From NCBI GenBank assembly GCA_963842525.1, contig CAWJGT010000003.1:1934552-1998551 (forward strand): a DNA stretch of 64,000 nucleotides, given 5' to 3'. The notes under the pieces are model-generated. The model did no database searches. It was not told the DNA's origin and saw only the letters and a list, made by a program, of their open reading frames with translations. This DNA comes from an uncultured Holophagales bacterium (GTDB lineage: Bacteria; Acidobacteriota; Thermoanaerobaculia; Multivoradales; UBA5704). Each line of letters begins with the position of its first letter. Within the stretch, counting starts at the first letter, position 1. The position numbers and the translations under genes were made by a program. Shown piece after piece: positions 27,357 to 37,095 of the stretch.

Positions 27357-27904
27357 ATCGTTGGATCTCCGGGACGGCTCGGCTGCTGCTGTGGAAGCTC
27401 TCGGGCGGGGACGCCGGCGACCCTGGCACCCTCGGGCACGTCGGCCAGAACCACAGACCCGGCCCCTACCACGGCGTCGTCGCCGATCGTGATGCCGCCG
27501 AGGACGATGGCGCCGGCGCCGATCGTGACGCGGTCGCCGACCCGCGGGCAGTCGAGCTCGTCGAAGCGCACCTCGCCGAGGGTCACTCCGTGCAGCAGGG
27601 TGCAGTCCTCGCCGATCACCGTCCGGCCGCCGATCACCAGGCCGATGCCGTGGGCGACGATGCATCCGCCGCCGATCTCGGCCCGCGGCAGGATGTCGAC
27701 CCCGCAGGCGCCGATGGCCCAGCGGCGGCAGACCGCCGGCAGGACAGGCACGCGCCAGCCCAGGAGCGCGCTCCCCATCCGATAGGCGACCAGTGCCTGG
27801 AACCCGGAGTCGAAGAGCAGCCCGTCGAGCAAGGCCAGCCAGAAGCCCCGGCCCTTGACAGCGCGCAACCGCTGGAAGTCGCGGCGCAGGCGGGGCCAGA
27901 TCAC
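27353..27904 (-). CDS. CysE-like left-handed beta-helix O-acetyltransferase
   Basis: GVDILPRAEIGGGC.VAHGIGLVIG..TVIGEDC..LHGVTLG...VGAGSVVLADVP.GA.VAGVPAR. Confidence 0.88.
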   Translation of the reverse strand: MIWPRLRRDFQRLRAVKGRGFWLALLDGLLFDSGFQALVAYRMGSALLGWRVPVLPAVCRRWAIGACGVDILPRAEIGGGCIVAHGIGLVIGGRTVIGEDCTLLHGVTLGEVRFDELDCPRVGDRVTIGAGAIVLGGITIGDDAVVGAGSVVLADVPEGARVAGVPARELPQQQPSRPGDPTI

Positions 27905-28668
27905 GCGCCACCTCCGTGGCGTAGCGCCTTGAGCAGCCCGAAGCGGGGGAGGCGGCTCCACAGAGGATAAGCGCCGCTCGCCTTGAGCCGTCGCTCGAAG
28001 CGGCTCTCCCCCGGGCTGACGATCATGCGCGGCCAGGCCCAGAGGTCGCCCGGCCGCGCCCCCGGATGGCCATGGATGCTCACCGCCGCCAGGTATCCGG
28101 CCGCCCGCGCCGCCTCCCGGGCCCGGTCGTCCAGCCGGCCGTAGGGATAGCAGAAGGTGCGGACAGGAGCGCCGAGAGCGGCTTCCAGCTCCTCGCGAGA
28201 TCCAGCCACCTCGGAGCGCAAGTCCTCGTCTCCGCAGGCCGGGAGGTCGAGATGGAGCCGTCCATGGGAGCCGATCTCGATGCCGGCCGCCACCAGCTTG
28301 CGTAAGTCTTCGGCGTCGAGCAGGTGTTCCTCGCGTTCGCCGGCCCGCAAGTCCCAACGGTTCACCCCGCCAAGCATGCCGCTCACCGCGAAGAGCGTCG
28401 CCGTCATGCCGCGCGCCTGAAGCTCTGGGAAGGCGTGGTCGCGGAAGCAGAGGCATCCGTCGTCGAAGGTCAGGACCACGCTGCGCCGCGGATGCGGCCA
28501 CTCCACGGCCTCGGCGAGCGTGAGGGTCCGGTAACCACGTCCGGCCAGATCGTCGAGGAGAGCCGCGAATTCACTGCGATCCAGATAGCTGTTCGGGTGG
28601 AGGGGCGGCGGATCGAGCGGCAAGGGCTCGACGTGGTGGAGCATGAGGACGGAGGGGGTGAGGCTCAA
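27901..28668 (-). CDS. Polysaccharide deacetylase
   Basis: VLMLHHV, LTFDDG, EIGSHG..H, FCYPYG; TTG start at 28668. Confidence 0.9.
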   Translation of the reverse strand: MSLTPSVLMLHHVEPLPLDPPPLHPNSYLDRSEFAALLDDLAGRGYRTLTLAEAVEWPHPRRSVVLTFDDGCLCFRDHAFPELQARGMTATLFAVSGMLGGVNRWDLRAGEREEHLLDAEDLRKLVAAGIEIGSHGRLHLDLPACGDEDLRSEVAGSREELEAALGAPVRTFCYPYGRLDDRAREAARAAGYLAAVSIHGHPGARPGDLWAWPRMIVSPGESRFERRLKASGAYPLWSRLPRFGLLKALRHGGGA

Positions 28669-29760
28669 CGCTTCAGCTCCCGCAACAGTTCCGCATAATG
28701 GTCGATGGTCGCCTCGATCGGAAAACGCTCGGCCCGCCGGCGAGGGACCTCCCCCCAGTTGCGCGCCAGCGCCGCGGCCAGCGCTCCGGCGTAGGCTTCC
28801 AAGTTGGTCACATCGCAGAAGAGACCTGCCTCGCCGATCACCTCGCGCCGCACCGGATCGTCCGGCGCCACGCACGGGAGGCCGCAGGCCAGGGCTTCCA
28901 GATAGGTGAGGCCGAAGGACTCCGTGCGAGAAGGTAGCGTAAAGCAATCGGCGGTGGTGTACCAGCCGGGCATCTCCTCGCGCCGTACCGCCTGCCGCAG
29001 ATATCGTCCCGGCAGCCGAGAAGCTGCCAACCGGTCGACCGCCTCAGCCTCCGGTCCCTCGCCGAGCACGACCAGGCTTCCTTCTCCCAGCCGGGCCACG
29101 GCCTCGACAGCCAGGTCCATCCGCTTGTGGGCGTCGACCGCGCCTGCGCAGAGCACCACCGGCCGCGGGAGATCCAGGGGCACCGGTGCCGCATCGGGGC
29201 GGAAGCGGTCCAGGTCGACCCCATGGGGGATGACCACCACTTCGGCGCGCGGTGCCCGATCGCGGATCATGCGCCGCGCCGCCTCCGTGAAAGCAACGAC
29301 CCGGTCCGGCCGCTGGCGCGCGAAGGCACCCTCCCATTTTGGGTCCTGTCCGTGGGCGATGTCGACGAACGGGATGCCACGGAAACGGCGCAGCAGCCGG
29401 CAGCCCCAGGCCCCTACCAATCCTCCCTCCATGACCACCACGTCGAAGCTGCCGCGCCAGAGGGAAGGCAGGGCCGAGAGCGCCGCGGTGTACCACTCCA
29501 GGCTCAGGGGATCGAGGAAGAAGGTGTCGAAGACCTTCCGTCCCAGGCGGTTGGCGGAGTAGAGCCGGTTTACCCAGCGCGTGTCGCGCGGCAGAGCGCG
29601 GACCCGCTGCCAGGGGATGGGCGCCGGGCCGCGGCAGAACAGCGTCACCTCGAAGCCGTGCCGCGCGGCGAGAGCGGTGCAGCAGCTCCACAACGAAAGC
29701 CTCGGCCCCACGCCCTACGACCCCGACGCCCGGCATCACAAAGGCGATCTTCAAGCTCAT
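28665..29760 (-). CDS. Glycosyltransferase family 4 (frameshift near 29684)
   Basis: MSLKIAFVMPGVGVVGRGAE continues after a shift into CTALAARHG...IPHGVDLDRF...PSRTESFGLTYLEALACGLP. Confidence 0.88.
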
Positions 29761-31187
29761 TCGGTGGCCGGGGCGGGCGGTGCGCGGAAGAAGGCCCGGA
29801 AGGGGAGCTGGAAGCGGAGGAGGTAGACCCCACCGGCCACGAGGGCTGCGAGGATCGAGGCCGCGAAGCGCGGCCAGGACTCCTGCGGGAAGAGCCAGAC
29901 CACGGCGAGGAACAGGGGGAGGGGCAGCAGATAGACGAACAGCAGGTCCCGGCCCAGGCGCCAGAATTCTGCGCCCAGGTTCCTCCAGATCCGCCAGGCC
30001 ATGATCCAGTTGCCCAGCAGCAGGTAGTTGGCCCAGGCCATCCCCTCCACGCCGAGCATCCGTGTCAGGAGCACTCCGAAGCCCACCAGCGAGACGAAGT
30101 TGAGGACCACCACGCCGAGCCAGCCGCGGTCCTGCCCCTCCACCTTGAGCACCTCGCCACCGAGCCGCGACCAGGGATCGGTCAAGGGGACGAAGCAGAG
30201 GATGCGCAGCAGCGGCACCGCCGGTCCCCACGCCGTGCCGATCAGGATGCGCAGCAGTACGATCTCCGCGTTGAAGAAGAGGAAGTAGGCCGCCAGCGTC
30301 TCCAGCGCGAGGATCGAGAGGGTGCCGATCCGGTAGGCGCCGAAGAACCGTTCGCGTTCGCTCCGGTAGCCTACCAGGGCTGGGTAGAGGACGCGCGCCA
30401 CGGCCGGCTGGACCAGCTCCTGCAGCCGGAAGCCCCAGTCCCGCGCCTTGCCGTAATAACCCACAAGGGCCAGTGTGCGGAGACCGCCGCCGAACACCGC
30501 GCCAATCACGAAGCGGGAGACGTACGGCACCGGTAGGGCGGCCAGAGCGATGAAGAAGAGATAGAGGCTGCGGCCGATCAGCCCCGGGATGGGCCGGGGA
30601 TCGAGCTTGAGCTCCATCCGTCCCCAGGCCCTTTTCCAGAGAAGCGCCGCGAACAATGCGGAGCCGGCGAGCTGGCCGGCCACCAGGCTCCAGACTCCCC
30701 ATCCCCGCGCGGCCAGGATGACCGACACTCCCGCCATGGCGAGCCCGCGGGCGATTTCGGGCATCACGAGCTTCGGAACCTCGAGCTCGCGCTCGAAGAA
30801 CACCTTGGGGACCACCGACAGCCCGTCGAGGAAGACGAACAGGGCATAGACCCGCAGGACCGCCGGCAATGCCGGATTGATCCCGGCAAACAAAGGCGCT
30901 CCAAGGGCCAGAAGGCCGGTAATCGCGAGCCCCGCGCCGGTCACCCACAGGAACACGCTGCCGTAGGGGCGGCGCTCGTCGCGCACGAGCTGATAGGGGA
31001 GGCCGAGGTCGCGGAAGATCGTCGAGATGACCACGATTCCCAGCGCCAGGTCGAACAGCCCATGCCCCGTTGGCAGGATCAGGCGGGCCAGCAGCAGATC
31101 GCTTGCCGCCCGGATCACGATCCGCGCAACCTGGCTCCCATAGGCCGCCGCCGTCGAGTGGAGGAACCGGCGCTCGGCGGGCCTCAA
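29757..31187 (-). CDS. wzx: Wzx-type oligosaccharide flippase
   Basis: LLARLILP...G, DLGL, GWGVWSLVAGQL, VGYY..A, VLYPAL; about 12 TM; glycosyltransferase cluster context. Confidence 0.85.
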   Translation of the reverse strand: MRPAERRFLHSTAAAYGSQVARIVIRAASDLLLARLILPTGHGLFDLALGIVVISTIFRDLGLPYQLVRDERRPYGSVFLWVTGAGLAITGLLALGAPLFAGINPALPAVLRVYALFVFLDGLSVVPKVFFERELEVPKLVMPEIARGLAMAGVSVILAARGWGVWSLVAGQLAGSALFAALLWKRAWGRMELKLDPRPIPGLIGRSLYLFFIALAALPVPYVSRFVIGAVFGGGLRTLALVGYYGKARDWGFRLQELVQPAVARVLYPALVGYRSERERFFGAYRIGTLSILALETLAAYFLFFNAEIVLLRILIGTAWGPAVPLLRILCFVPLTDPWSRLGGEVLKVEGQDRGWLGVVVLNFVSLVGFGVLLTRMLGVEGMAWANYLLLGNWIMAWRIWRNLGAEFWRLGRDLLFVYLLPLPLFLAVVWLFPQESWPRFAASILAALVAGGVYLLRFQLPFRAFFRAPPAPATE

Positions 31188-31189
31188 AA

Positions 31190-31475
31190 CCTCACCCCCT
31201 GTCCCCCTCTCCCATCGCCCTCCCCCCGACCGGGAGAGGGGGGACGTAGTTGGAGCGGTGTGCGCGAGTGCTCGCCTTCAGCGAACGTCCACGAGCGTCA
31301 TTCTGAGCGCAGCGAAGAATCTGGGCGGGGGTTCGAAGCTTCCCATCCCCCAGATCCTTCGCTTCGCTCAGGATGACACGGCGGGGTGGCAGCGACCTCG
31401 CCTCGAACGCTTCGCATGCGTCCCCCCTCTCCCGGTGGAAGGGGGGGCGATGGGAGAGGGGGACAGGGGGTGAGG
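31190..31475. repeat. REP-like family A inverted doublet containing a nested element
   Basis: Same termini as 4061-4289 and 10216-10420. Confidence 0.85.
31296..31378. repeat. CGTC-type REP doublet (family B)
   Basis: CGTCATTCTGAGCGCAGCGAAGAATCTGGG...CCCAGATCCTTCGCTTCGCTCAGGATGACA, near-perfect inverted pair. Confidence 0.8.
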
Positions 31476-32390
31476 TCACTCCCACCCCTCCCACCCTGCG
31501 ATTACCGCCCGGTACCAGGCCCGGCGGAAGGCCACGACCCCCGAAAACGCCCGCCAGCAGCCCCGCAGGGAGGGGTGACGGAGGAAGATCGAGAGCGTCC
31601 CGGTCATCGCCTTGAGCGGCGCTGTGAGACGGAGCCGCGCCTTGCTCCGCCAGGTGGGACCGCTGTCGAAGACCCCGGGGTGGAGCGTCCGGAAACGGTG
31701 GAAATGCCGCCCGTACCAGGCGGCGTGGGCTTCGAGGTCATGGCGGGAGGCGCGCACGGCCGCGTGCTCGACCACCGCATCCGGCACGAAGGCGGTGGCG
31801 AGACCGGCCTTCCGGGCGCGGAGCACCCAGTCGAAATCCTCGCTGGTCGGCAGCGATTCGTCAAAGGGGCCGACCCGGTTCCAGGCTTCCCGCCGCACCG
31901 CGAGGTTGAGGCTGCCGATCGCCCCACGAGTGTCCTGCTCCGCCGGCCGGTCGGCGAGCAGGTCGTGGAACGAGGCGATGTTGTCGGCCAGGGCCCAGAC
32001 GCTGGTCTCGGCCGGCGCACGAGGGAAGGTCACCGCGCCACCAACCACAGGCGAATGCTCCAGCGCCGCCGCCATCCGCTCTACCCAGCCGGGAAGGGGG
32101 CGGCAGTCGGCGTCGGTGAACAGGAGGAGCTCTCCACGAGCCGCGGCGACCGCCCGGTTGCGGGCCGCCGCGGGGTTCAGGCGGTCGGAGGTTTCGAGGA
32201 ACCGCACTCCCGGTGTACGGGAAACAAGCCCGGGAGCGTCGCGCCCCGCTACCAGCACTTCGATGTCCGGTCCGGGTGCCCCCTGGGAGGCGAGCGCTTC
32301 GAGCGTCCGGCCCACCAGGGGGGAGTCCAGGTTCGGGATGAGGACGCTGATTCTGGGATCCGAACGGGCCGAAGCCCTCCGGCTGGTTAG
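31476..32390 (-). CDS. Glycosyltransferase family 2 (start uncertain)
   Basis: ISVLIPN, PAAARN.....ARGELLLFTDADC, FDE...SEDFDW..R; no clean ATG/GTG before the domain. Confidence 0.85.
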   Translation of the reverse strand, partial: LTSRRASARSDPRISVLIPNLDSPLVGRTLEALASQGAPGPDIEVLVAGRDAPGLVSRTPGVRFLETSDRLNPAAARNRAVAAARGELLLFTDADCRPLPGWVERMAAALEHSPVVGGAVTFPRAPAETSVWALADNIASFHDLLADRPAEQDTRGAIGSLNLAVRREAWNRVGPFDESLPTSEDFDWVLRARKAGLATAFVPDAVVEHAAVRASRHDLEAHAAWYGRHFHRFRTLHPGVFDSGPTWRSKARLRLTAPLKAMTGTLSIFLRHPSLRGCWRAFSGVVAFRRAWYRAVIAGWEGWE

Positions 32391-33505
32391 CCGCCGTTGC
32401 GCGGGACCGCGCGCTCGCGGATCGTCCGCTTCCAGTGCTGGCCCCAGTTCTGGGGCGGCAGGCGCTTGACCTTCTGGATCCGCTCCTCGGCCAGCCGGTC
32501 GGCGGCGACGTGAGTGGCGATCGACTCGGCGCGCGAGATCTCGTAGACGCGGATCATGTTGTTGTAGATGCCGCGGGCTGCGCGCATGGCGCGCTCCCGA
32601 TTGTAGCCGGTCAGCTCGTGGAAGACGTTGATCAGGCCGCCGGCGTTGATCACGAAGTCCGGCGCGTAGAGGATGCCGCGGTCGTGGAGCGCCTGGCCGT
32701 CGCGCGGCTCGTCCCCGAGCTGGTTGTTGGCGGCCCCGGCCACGATCTGGCAGCGCAGGTGGGGGATCGTCCGCTCGTTGAGCACCGCCCCGAGGGCGCA
32801 AGGAGCGAGGACGTCGCATTCGACCGACAGGATTTCGTCCCCCGGCACGATCTCGACCCCGAGCTCCTGGGCCCGCGCGATGCGGTCGGCGTCCACGTCG
32901 GCACCGAAGATCTTCGCCCCTTCGGCCTTGAGGTCGTTGGCCAGGTTGTAGCCCACCGAGCCAAGGCCCTGGATGGCCACCGACCGGCCGGCGAGCGAGT
33001 CGTTGCCGAACTTCCACTGCGCCGAGGCCTTGATCCCTTGGAGGACGCCGAAGGCGGTCACCGGAGAAGGGTCGCCGCTGCCGCCATGGGCCGCGGAGAC
33101 GCCGGTCACCCAGGGCGTCTCGGTATAGGTCCACTCCATGTCATTGACATCGGTGCCGACGTCCTCGGCGGTGATGTAGAGCCCGCCCAGCGAGTCGACG
33201 AAGCGGCCGAAACAGCGGAAAAGGGCCTCGGACTTGTCCTTTTTGGGATCGCCGAGGATGACGGCCTTGCCGCCTCCAAGGTTGAGGCCTGTGGCCGCCG
33301 CCTTGTAGGTCATGCCGCGCGACAGGCGGAGCACATCGGTAAGGGCCTCGTCCATGCTCGGGTAGGGCCACATGCGGACCCCGCCGAGCCCGGGGCCCAG
33401 AACAGTCGAATGGACGGCGATGATGGCCCGCAGGCCCACCTCGGGGCTGGAGCAGAAGAGAACCCGCTCGTGCCCCATGTCCGCCATCTGCTGGAAGAGC
33501 TCCAT
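32387..33505 (-). CDS. ldh: Leucine (Glu/Leu/Phe/Val) dehydrogenase
   Basis: LGPGLGGVRM, LRLSRGMTYK, GGGKAVI, YITAEDVGT, GSGDPSPVTA.GV, IQGLGSVG, AGAANNQL, YAPDFVINAGG. Confidence 0.93.
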   Translation of the reverse strand: MELFQQMADMGHERVLFCSSPEVGLRAIIAVHSTVLGPGLGGVRMWPYPSMDEALTDVLRLSRGMTYKAAATGLNLGGGKAVILGDPKKDKSEALFRCFGRFVDSLGGLYITAEDVGTDVNDMEWTYTETPWVTGVSAAHGGSGDPSPVTAFGVLQGIKASAQWKFGNDSLAGRSVAIQGLGSVGYNLANDLKAEGAKIFGADVDADRIARAQELGVEIVPGDEILSVECDVLAPCALGAVLNERTIPHLRCQIVAGAANNQLGDEPRDGQALHDRGILYAPDFVINAGGLINVFHELTGYNRERAMRAARGIYNNMIRVYEISRAESIATHVAADRLAEERIQKVKRLPPQNWGQHWKRTIRERAVPRNGG

Positions 33506-33569
33506 CACAATCCTTTCCTGAAGAACGCCCCGGAAGGCGGCCGGAAGTCTACTCGAAACCGCCCGCCGC

Positions 33570-34040
33570 TCACAGGGCCGCCAGCGCCTCCAGCACCTGC
33601 TCGTCGTGCCCGTCGACATTGACCTTCTTCCACGCCTTGCGGACCTTGCCCTCGCCGTCGATGAGGAAGGTCGAGCGCTGGATGCCCATGGAGATCTTGC
33701 CGTACATGTTCTTCTCCCGCCAGGCGCCATAGGCGTCGGCAACCTGATGGCCGGCGTCAGCGAGGAGGGGGAAGTTGAGGCTGTACTTGTCGCGGAACTT
33801 CTCATGGCTCTCCACGTCGTCCGGGGAGACGCCCAGGACCACGGCTCCCCGCGCTTTCAGATCGGCGCTGCGGTCGCGGAAGGCGCAGGCCTCCTTGGTG
33901 CAGCCGGGGGTGTCGTCCTTGGGATAGAAGTAGAGCACCACGGGCTTGCCGCGGAAGTCGGACAGCCGGACATCCTTGCCCTCGTCGCTCTTCAACGTGA
34001 AATCAGGCGCAGTCGCGCCCTCTTCGATCCAATCAGCCAT
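33570..34040 (-). CDS. bcp: Peroxiredoxin Bcp
   Basis: APDFTL, VLYFYPKDDTPGCTKEACAFRD, RSTFLID. Confidence 0.95.
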   Translation of the reverse strand: MADWIEEGATAPDFTLKSDEGKDVRLSDFRGKPVVLYFYPKDDTPGCTKEACAFRDRSADLKARGAVVLGVSPDDVESHEKFRDKYSLNFPLLADAGHQVADAYGAWREKNMYGKISMGIQRSTFLIDGEGKVRKAWKKVNVDGHDEQVLEALAAL

Positions 34041-34185
34041 CGGAAGTTCCTCCTGGAGAGAAGAAGTAGTGAGCCGGAAGAGCAACCCGGCTTGCCGGGG
34101 AAGCATATCGCGGGTCGGGACTGGCCCAGGTTCGGCTCGCAAGACCCGGCTGCTGTGGCCATAGAATGATGGCAGGAGGCATGTC

Positions 34186-34449
34186 ATGAGTCGAGCCACC
34201 TACAACTTCCATCTCCCCCTCCCTGCGGAGATCCACGACATGCTTCGGCAGGAGGTGGAGTCCTCGGGGCAGCCTGCGACCTCGCTGGCCCGCGAGGCTC
34301 TGCACGACTGGTTGGTCCGGCGGAAGAGACAGCGGCTGCACGAGGAGATCGCAGCCTTTGCCGCGGAGCATGCGGGAACGGATCTCGACCTCGACGAGGA
34401 CCTCGAACGGACCGGCATCGAAGCGATTTGGAACGAGGATCACCAGTGA
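34186..34449 (+). CDS. Ribbon-helix-helix putative antitoxin (orphan)
   Basis: NFHLPLP..IHD.LR........T.LAREAL..WL; acidic tail; RBS CAGGAGG; stop overlaps GTG AAA TGG GGC, like a PemK/MazF start that is cut off. Confidence 0.65.
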   Translation: MSRATYNFHLPLPAEIHDMLRQEVESSGQPATSLAREALHDWLVRRKRQRLHEEIAAFAAEHAGTDLDLDEDLERTGIEAIWNEDHQ

Positions 34450-34468
34450 AATGGGGCGCCGCGAGTGG

Positions 34469-35194
34469 TCACAGCCAGGTAGAAATCTCGGGATGAGCGC
34501 GGACGACCGCGAGGCATTCCGGGGTGACCAGTCGGCGGGCCGAAGGACCCGCTGCGATTCGGAGGAATGCCGCGAGCACGCCTGAGAAGGGAGAGGTCCG
34601 AAAGACACTTACGATCTCCTCTGCCTCCGCATCTCGCTCTGCCGTCCTGAGCTGCGCATAGCGGGGCAGAAGGTGGAATAGGGTCAACCAGGCCCGCCGC
34701 CGGCCCAGGGGGAGGGTCGTCCGGTTGAGCCCGAACACGTCGATGCTGGAGTCGCCTTTGGACGTCCGGGCGGCGTACTCTCCGGTACTCGTCAGGAAGC
34801 GTAGGTGGTCGAGGGGTTCCTCCTCCGTCGGGTTGAGCAGAAGAGGCTGATCGCCGTCATCGAGGGGGAACTGACTCCGCTTGAAGTTGCTGTTGCAGCG
34901 AGAGCAGCCGAACAGGTAATTGTGCCAGTCGAAGGCTCGCTCGGGATAGGCCGACTTGGGCCAGAAGTGCTCAATGTCGGTCCCTTCGCTGTCCTCGCAG
35001 TACATGCACCGTTCGAGTCCGCTCGCCATGCGCCGGAGGGTGGTCCGGATCTCCGCGAAGGCCTTGGTCGTCTGGAGCCTCCAAAAACGGTCTGCTTCGG
35101 CCTTTGGGTCTGCCGAGCTGGTCACCGCATGGGTACGTTTCTGAAGAAATTCGAGAGTCTCATGGCTCAGAGGCAGCCGATGAAGCCGTCTCAT
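34469..35194 (-). CDS. HNH endonuclease, PtuB-like
   Basis: RCMYCE...DIEHFWPKS.YP..AFDW.NY...CSRCN..KR.QFP...LLNP; translationally coupled to the ATPase. Confidence 0.88.
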   Translation of the reverse strand: MRRLHRLPLSHETLEFLQKRTHAVTSSADPKAEADRFWRLQTTKAFAEIRTTLRRMASGLERCMYCEDSEGTDIEHFWPKSAYPERAFDWHNYLFGCSRCNSNFKRSQFPLDDGDQPLLLNPTEEEPLDHLRFLTSTGEYAARTSKGDSSIDVFGLNRTTLPLGRRRAWLTLFHLLPRYAQLRTAERDAEAEEIVSVFRTSPFSGVLAAFLRIAAGPSARRLVTPECLAVVRAHPEISTWL

Positions 35195-36498
35195 ACATCA
35201 GCCGCCAGCTTGCGGAGTGCCTGCTCAACCGCGGAGGGCAAGGTCTGTGGCAGATGGGAGCTGAGCCGCTCGAACTCTTCTTCTTCGACTGGGGTCGCAT
35301 CTCCCGACTGGAGCCGCGCTTCGAGCTCCGCCACCCGCTCTCGGAGCTTCTCAGTTTCTTCAGAGTAGGGAGTCTCCAGCCCGAACAGGTCGGTCAGCAC
35401 GGCTTCATCAAGGCTACCGTTGACGACCGTGTTGTAGAGATCTTCGGAGACGTGCGCGGCGACCCGGTCCTCGCCAGGGGCAGGGAGGCGGATCAAGCCC
35501 CTCGGGTCGGCGGCCTGGCAGATGAACGGACTGTGGGTTGTGACGATGAACTGGATATTGGGGAAGTGGCGCTTCAGCCAGAAGCCGATTCGCTTCTGCC
35601 AGGAGACGTGAAGGTGGAGGTCGACCTCGTCGATGAGGACGACGCCTTCGTGGAGGACGCGCAGGAACCTGCCTTCCTCGTCCTGCGCCTCCTCGACCTC
35701 GAGAGAGCCAAAACATTTCTGCAGATGGTGAACGATATCCATGACGAGAGCAGTGGTCGTCCGATAGCCGTCACTCATCTCGGCCAGAGGCAGTCTCACA
35801 CCGTGCTGTTTCACCCAGAGGGCATCCGAGTCGATATCCTCAACCAGCACTCCGTCAGGAAGGAGCCCGTCATTCAAGAGCGCGATGACACTCCTTTTGA
35901 GCTCGGCCGCACCACTCTTTCCCTCCAGGTTCCTCAAGTGCAACTCTCGTAGCCAAGTGACGGCTTCAAGGAGTGAGGCATCCTCGCGGAAGAGGGTCAC
36001 CACACGAGCAAGCGGAGAAGGGCCAGCCATCAGGCTGTATGCTTCTGTCGTGGCTCCTGTCAGCCGACGGTAAGGACCATAGCCCGCCAAGAATCTTTGA
36101 TTCCAGAAGGCCAACTCCTGCGGAAAGTCTAGGCCCATACTGAAGCGGAAGGTTGGGCCCATTTCGCTCGACTCCCAAACGAGCCGCATGGACCTGAAGT
36201 TGTGGTCCGAGAGCTGCCGTTCGGCTATATTCAGTTTTTGCTCGATCTCGCTGCTGCCCTCTGCCGCACCTGTCCTGAGCCATTGCTCGAAGCTCGGACT
36301 CAGGGCTGTAGCCCTTACACCCAAGCTCGTTACAGCGAGGATCCGAAGGAGGCTAGATTTGCCCGATCCATTCCTTCCCGCCAGCACCGTCCATCCTGCA
36401 AAGCTCCCATCCGGCCGGGTGAAGTCGAGGTCGACCTCCTTGAAGCCTCGGACGTTGCGGATCTTGACTCTCCGTATATACACAGGATGCTCCTTCAA
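35191..36498 (-). CDS. ABC/AAA_21-type ATPase, PtuA-like
   Basis: I.NVRGF, Walker A GRNGSGKS, GYGPYRRL, signature MSDGY, Walker B LIDEVDLHLH.SWQ, H-loop TTHSP. Confidence 0.9.
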   Translation of the reverse strand: MKEHPVYIRRVKIRNVRGFKEVDLDFTRPDGSFAGWTVLAGRNGSGKSSLLRILAVTSLGVRATALSPSFEQWLRTGAAEGSSEIEQKLNIAERQLSDHNFRSMRLVWESSEMGPTFRFSMGLDFPQELAFWNQRFLAGYGPYRRLTGATTEAYSLMAGPSPLARVVTLFREDASLLEAVTWLRELHLRNLEGKSGAAELKRSVIALLNDGLLPDGVLVEDIDSDALWVKQHGVRLPLAEMSDGYRTTTALVMDIVHHLQKCFGSLEVEEAQDEEGRFLRVLHEGVVLIDEVDLHLHVSWQKRIGFWLKRHFPNIQFIVTTHSPFICQAADPRGLIRLPAPGEDRVAAHVSEDLYNTVVNGSLDEAVLTDLFGLETPYSEETEKLRERVAELEARLQSGDATPVEEEEFERLSSHLPQTLPSAVEQALRKLAADV

Positions 36499-36602
36499 GC
36501 CTCCAACGACTCGATCTCCGGCGTCAGCTCGATCCGGTTCGGCAGTTCCGCGATCTTCTGTTCCGGTCGAGTCGCCTGCTTTTCCTCAACGCAGCCGGCA
36601 GA

Positions 36603-36779
36603 TTATTCCCGGTCTTCGAGCAAGAGTTCTGCCACAGTCTTGGAACCTTGCACCGGCACGCGAGGCACATCGGACGACGGCTTCTGACCGCTCCACGAAG
36701 CCATCCCGGATTCGAGCATGGACTGAATCTTGTCCGCGATCATCTTCTGCGGCCTCGGTGGAACCTTCATGGATGGCAT
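36603..36779 (-). pseudogene. C-terminal remnant of a Phd-like antitoxin
   Basis: KIQSMLESGMASWSGQKP...PVQGSKTVAELLLEDRE* resembles C-termini of Phd-type antitoxins; no DNA-binding N-terminus and no toxin. Confidence 0.5.
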
Positions 36780-36920
36780 TCTAACTACATCAGACCCGCC
36801 GCATCCAAAACGCCACCCCATCCAGAGAGGGGCCGGAGCGGCCGTCCCTGAGATTCGCGCGAGCAGGGAGCGGCTCCCCAGGGCCCCAGACCGGGCCGCT
36901 CCCCGTCTACGCGTACGTCG

Positions 36921-36933
36921 ATTTTCAAAGAAC
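36921..36933 (-). promoter_or_regulatory. boxA-like antitermination motif
   Basis: GTTCTTTGAAAAT about 55 nt downstream of the -10 element. Confidence 0.4.
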
Positions 36934-36987
36934 CCTGCTTCTACATCCGCTAGTGTCCGCGAAAACAGGATCTCCATCGCTGCGTTG

Positions 36988-37017
36988 ATGCTACGGTAGA
37001 TCCAATGAGTATGTCAA
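36988..37017 (-). promoter_or_regulatory. Sigma70-like promoter facing the ATPase-HNH operon
   Basis: TTGACA-18 bp-TAGCAT on the minus strand. Confidence 0.55.
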
Positions 37018-37095
37018 GGCTCCTGGAGAAAGGCAGAGAAACGGCAAGAGATGGGACGGATTCAGAGTCATCCGATAAACCTACGGAGCCATCTG

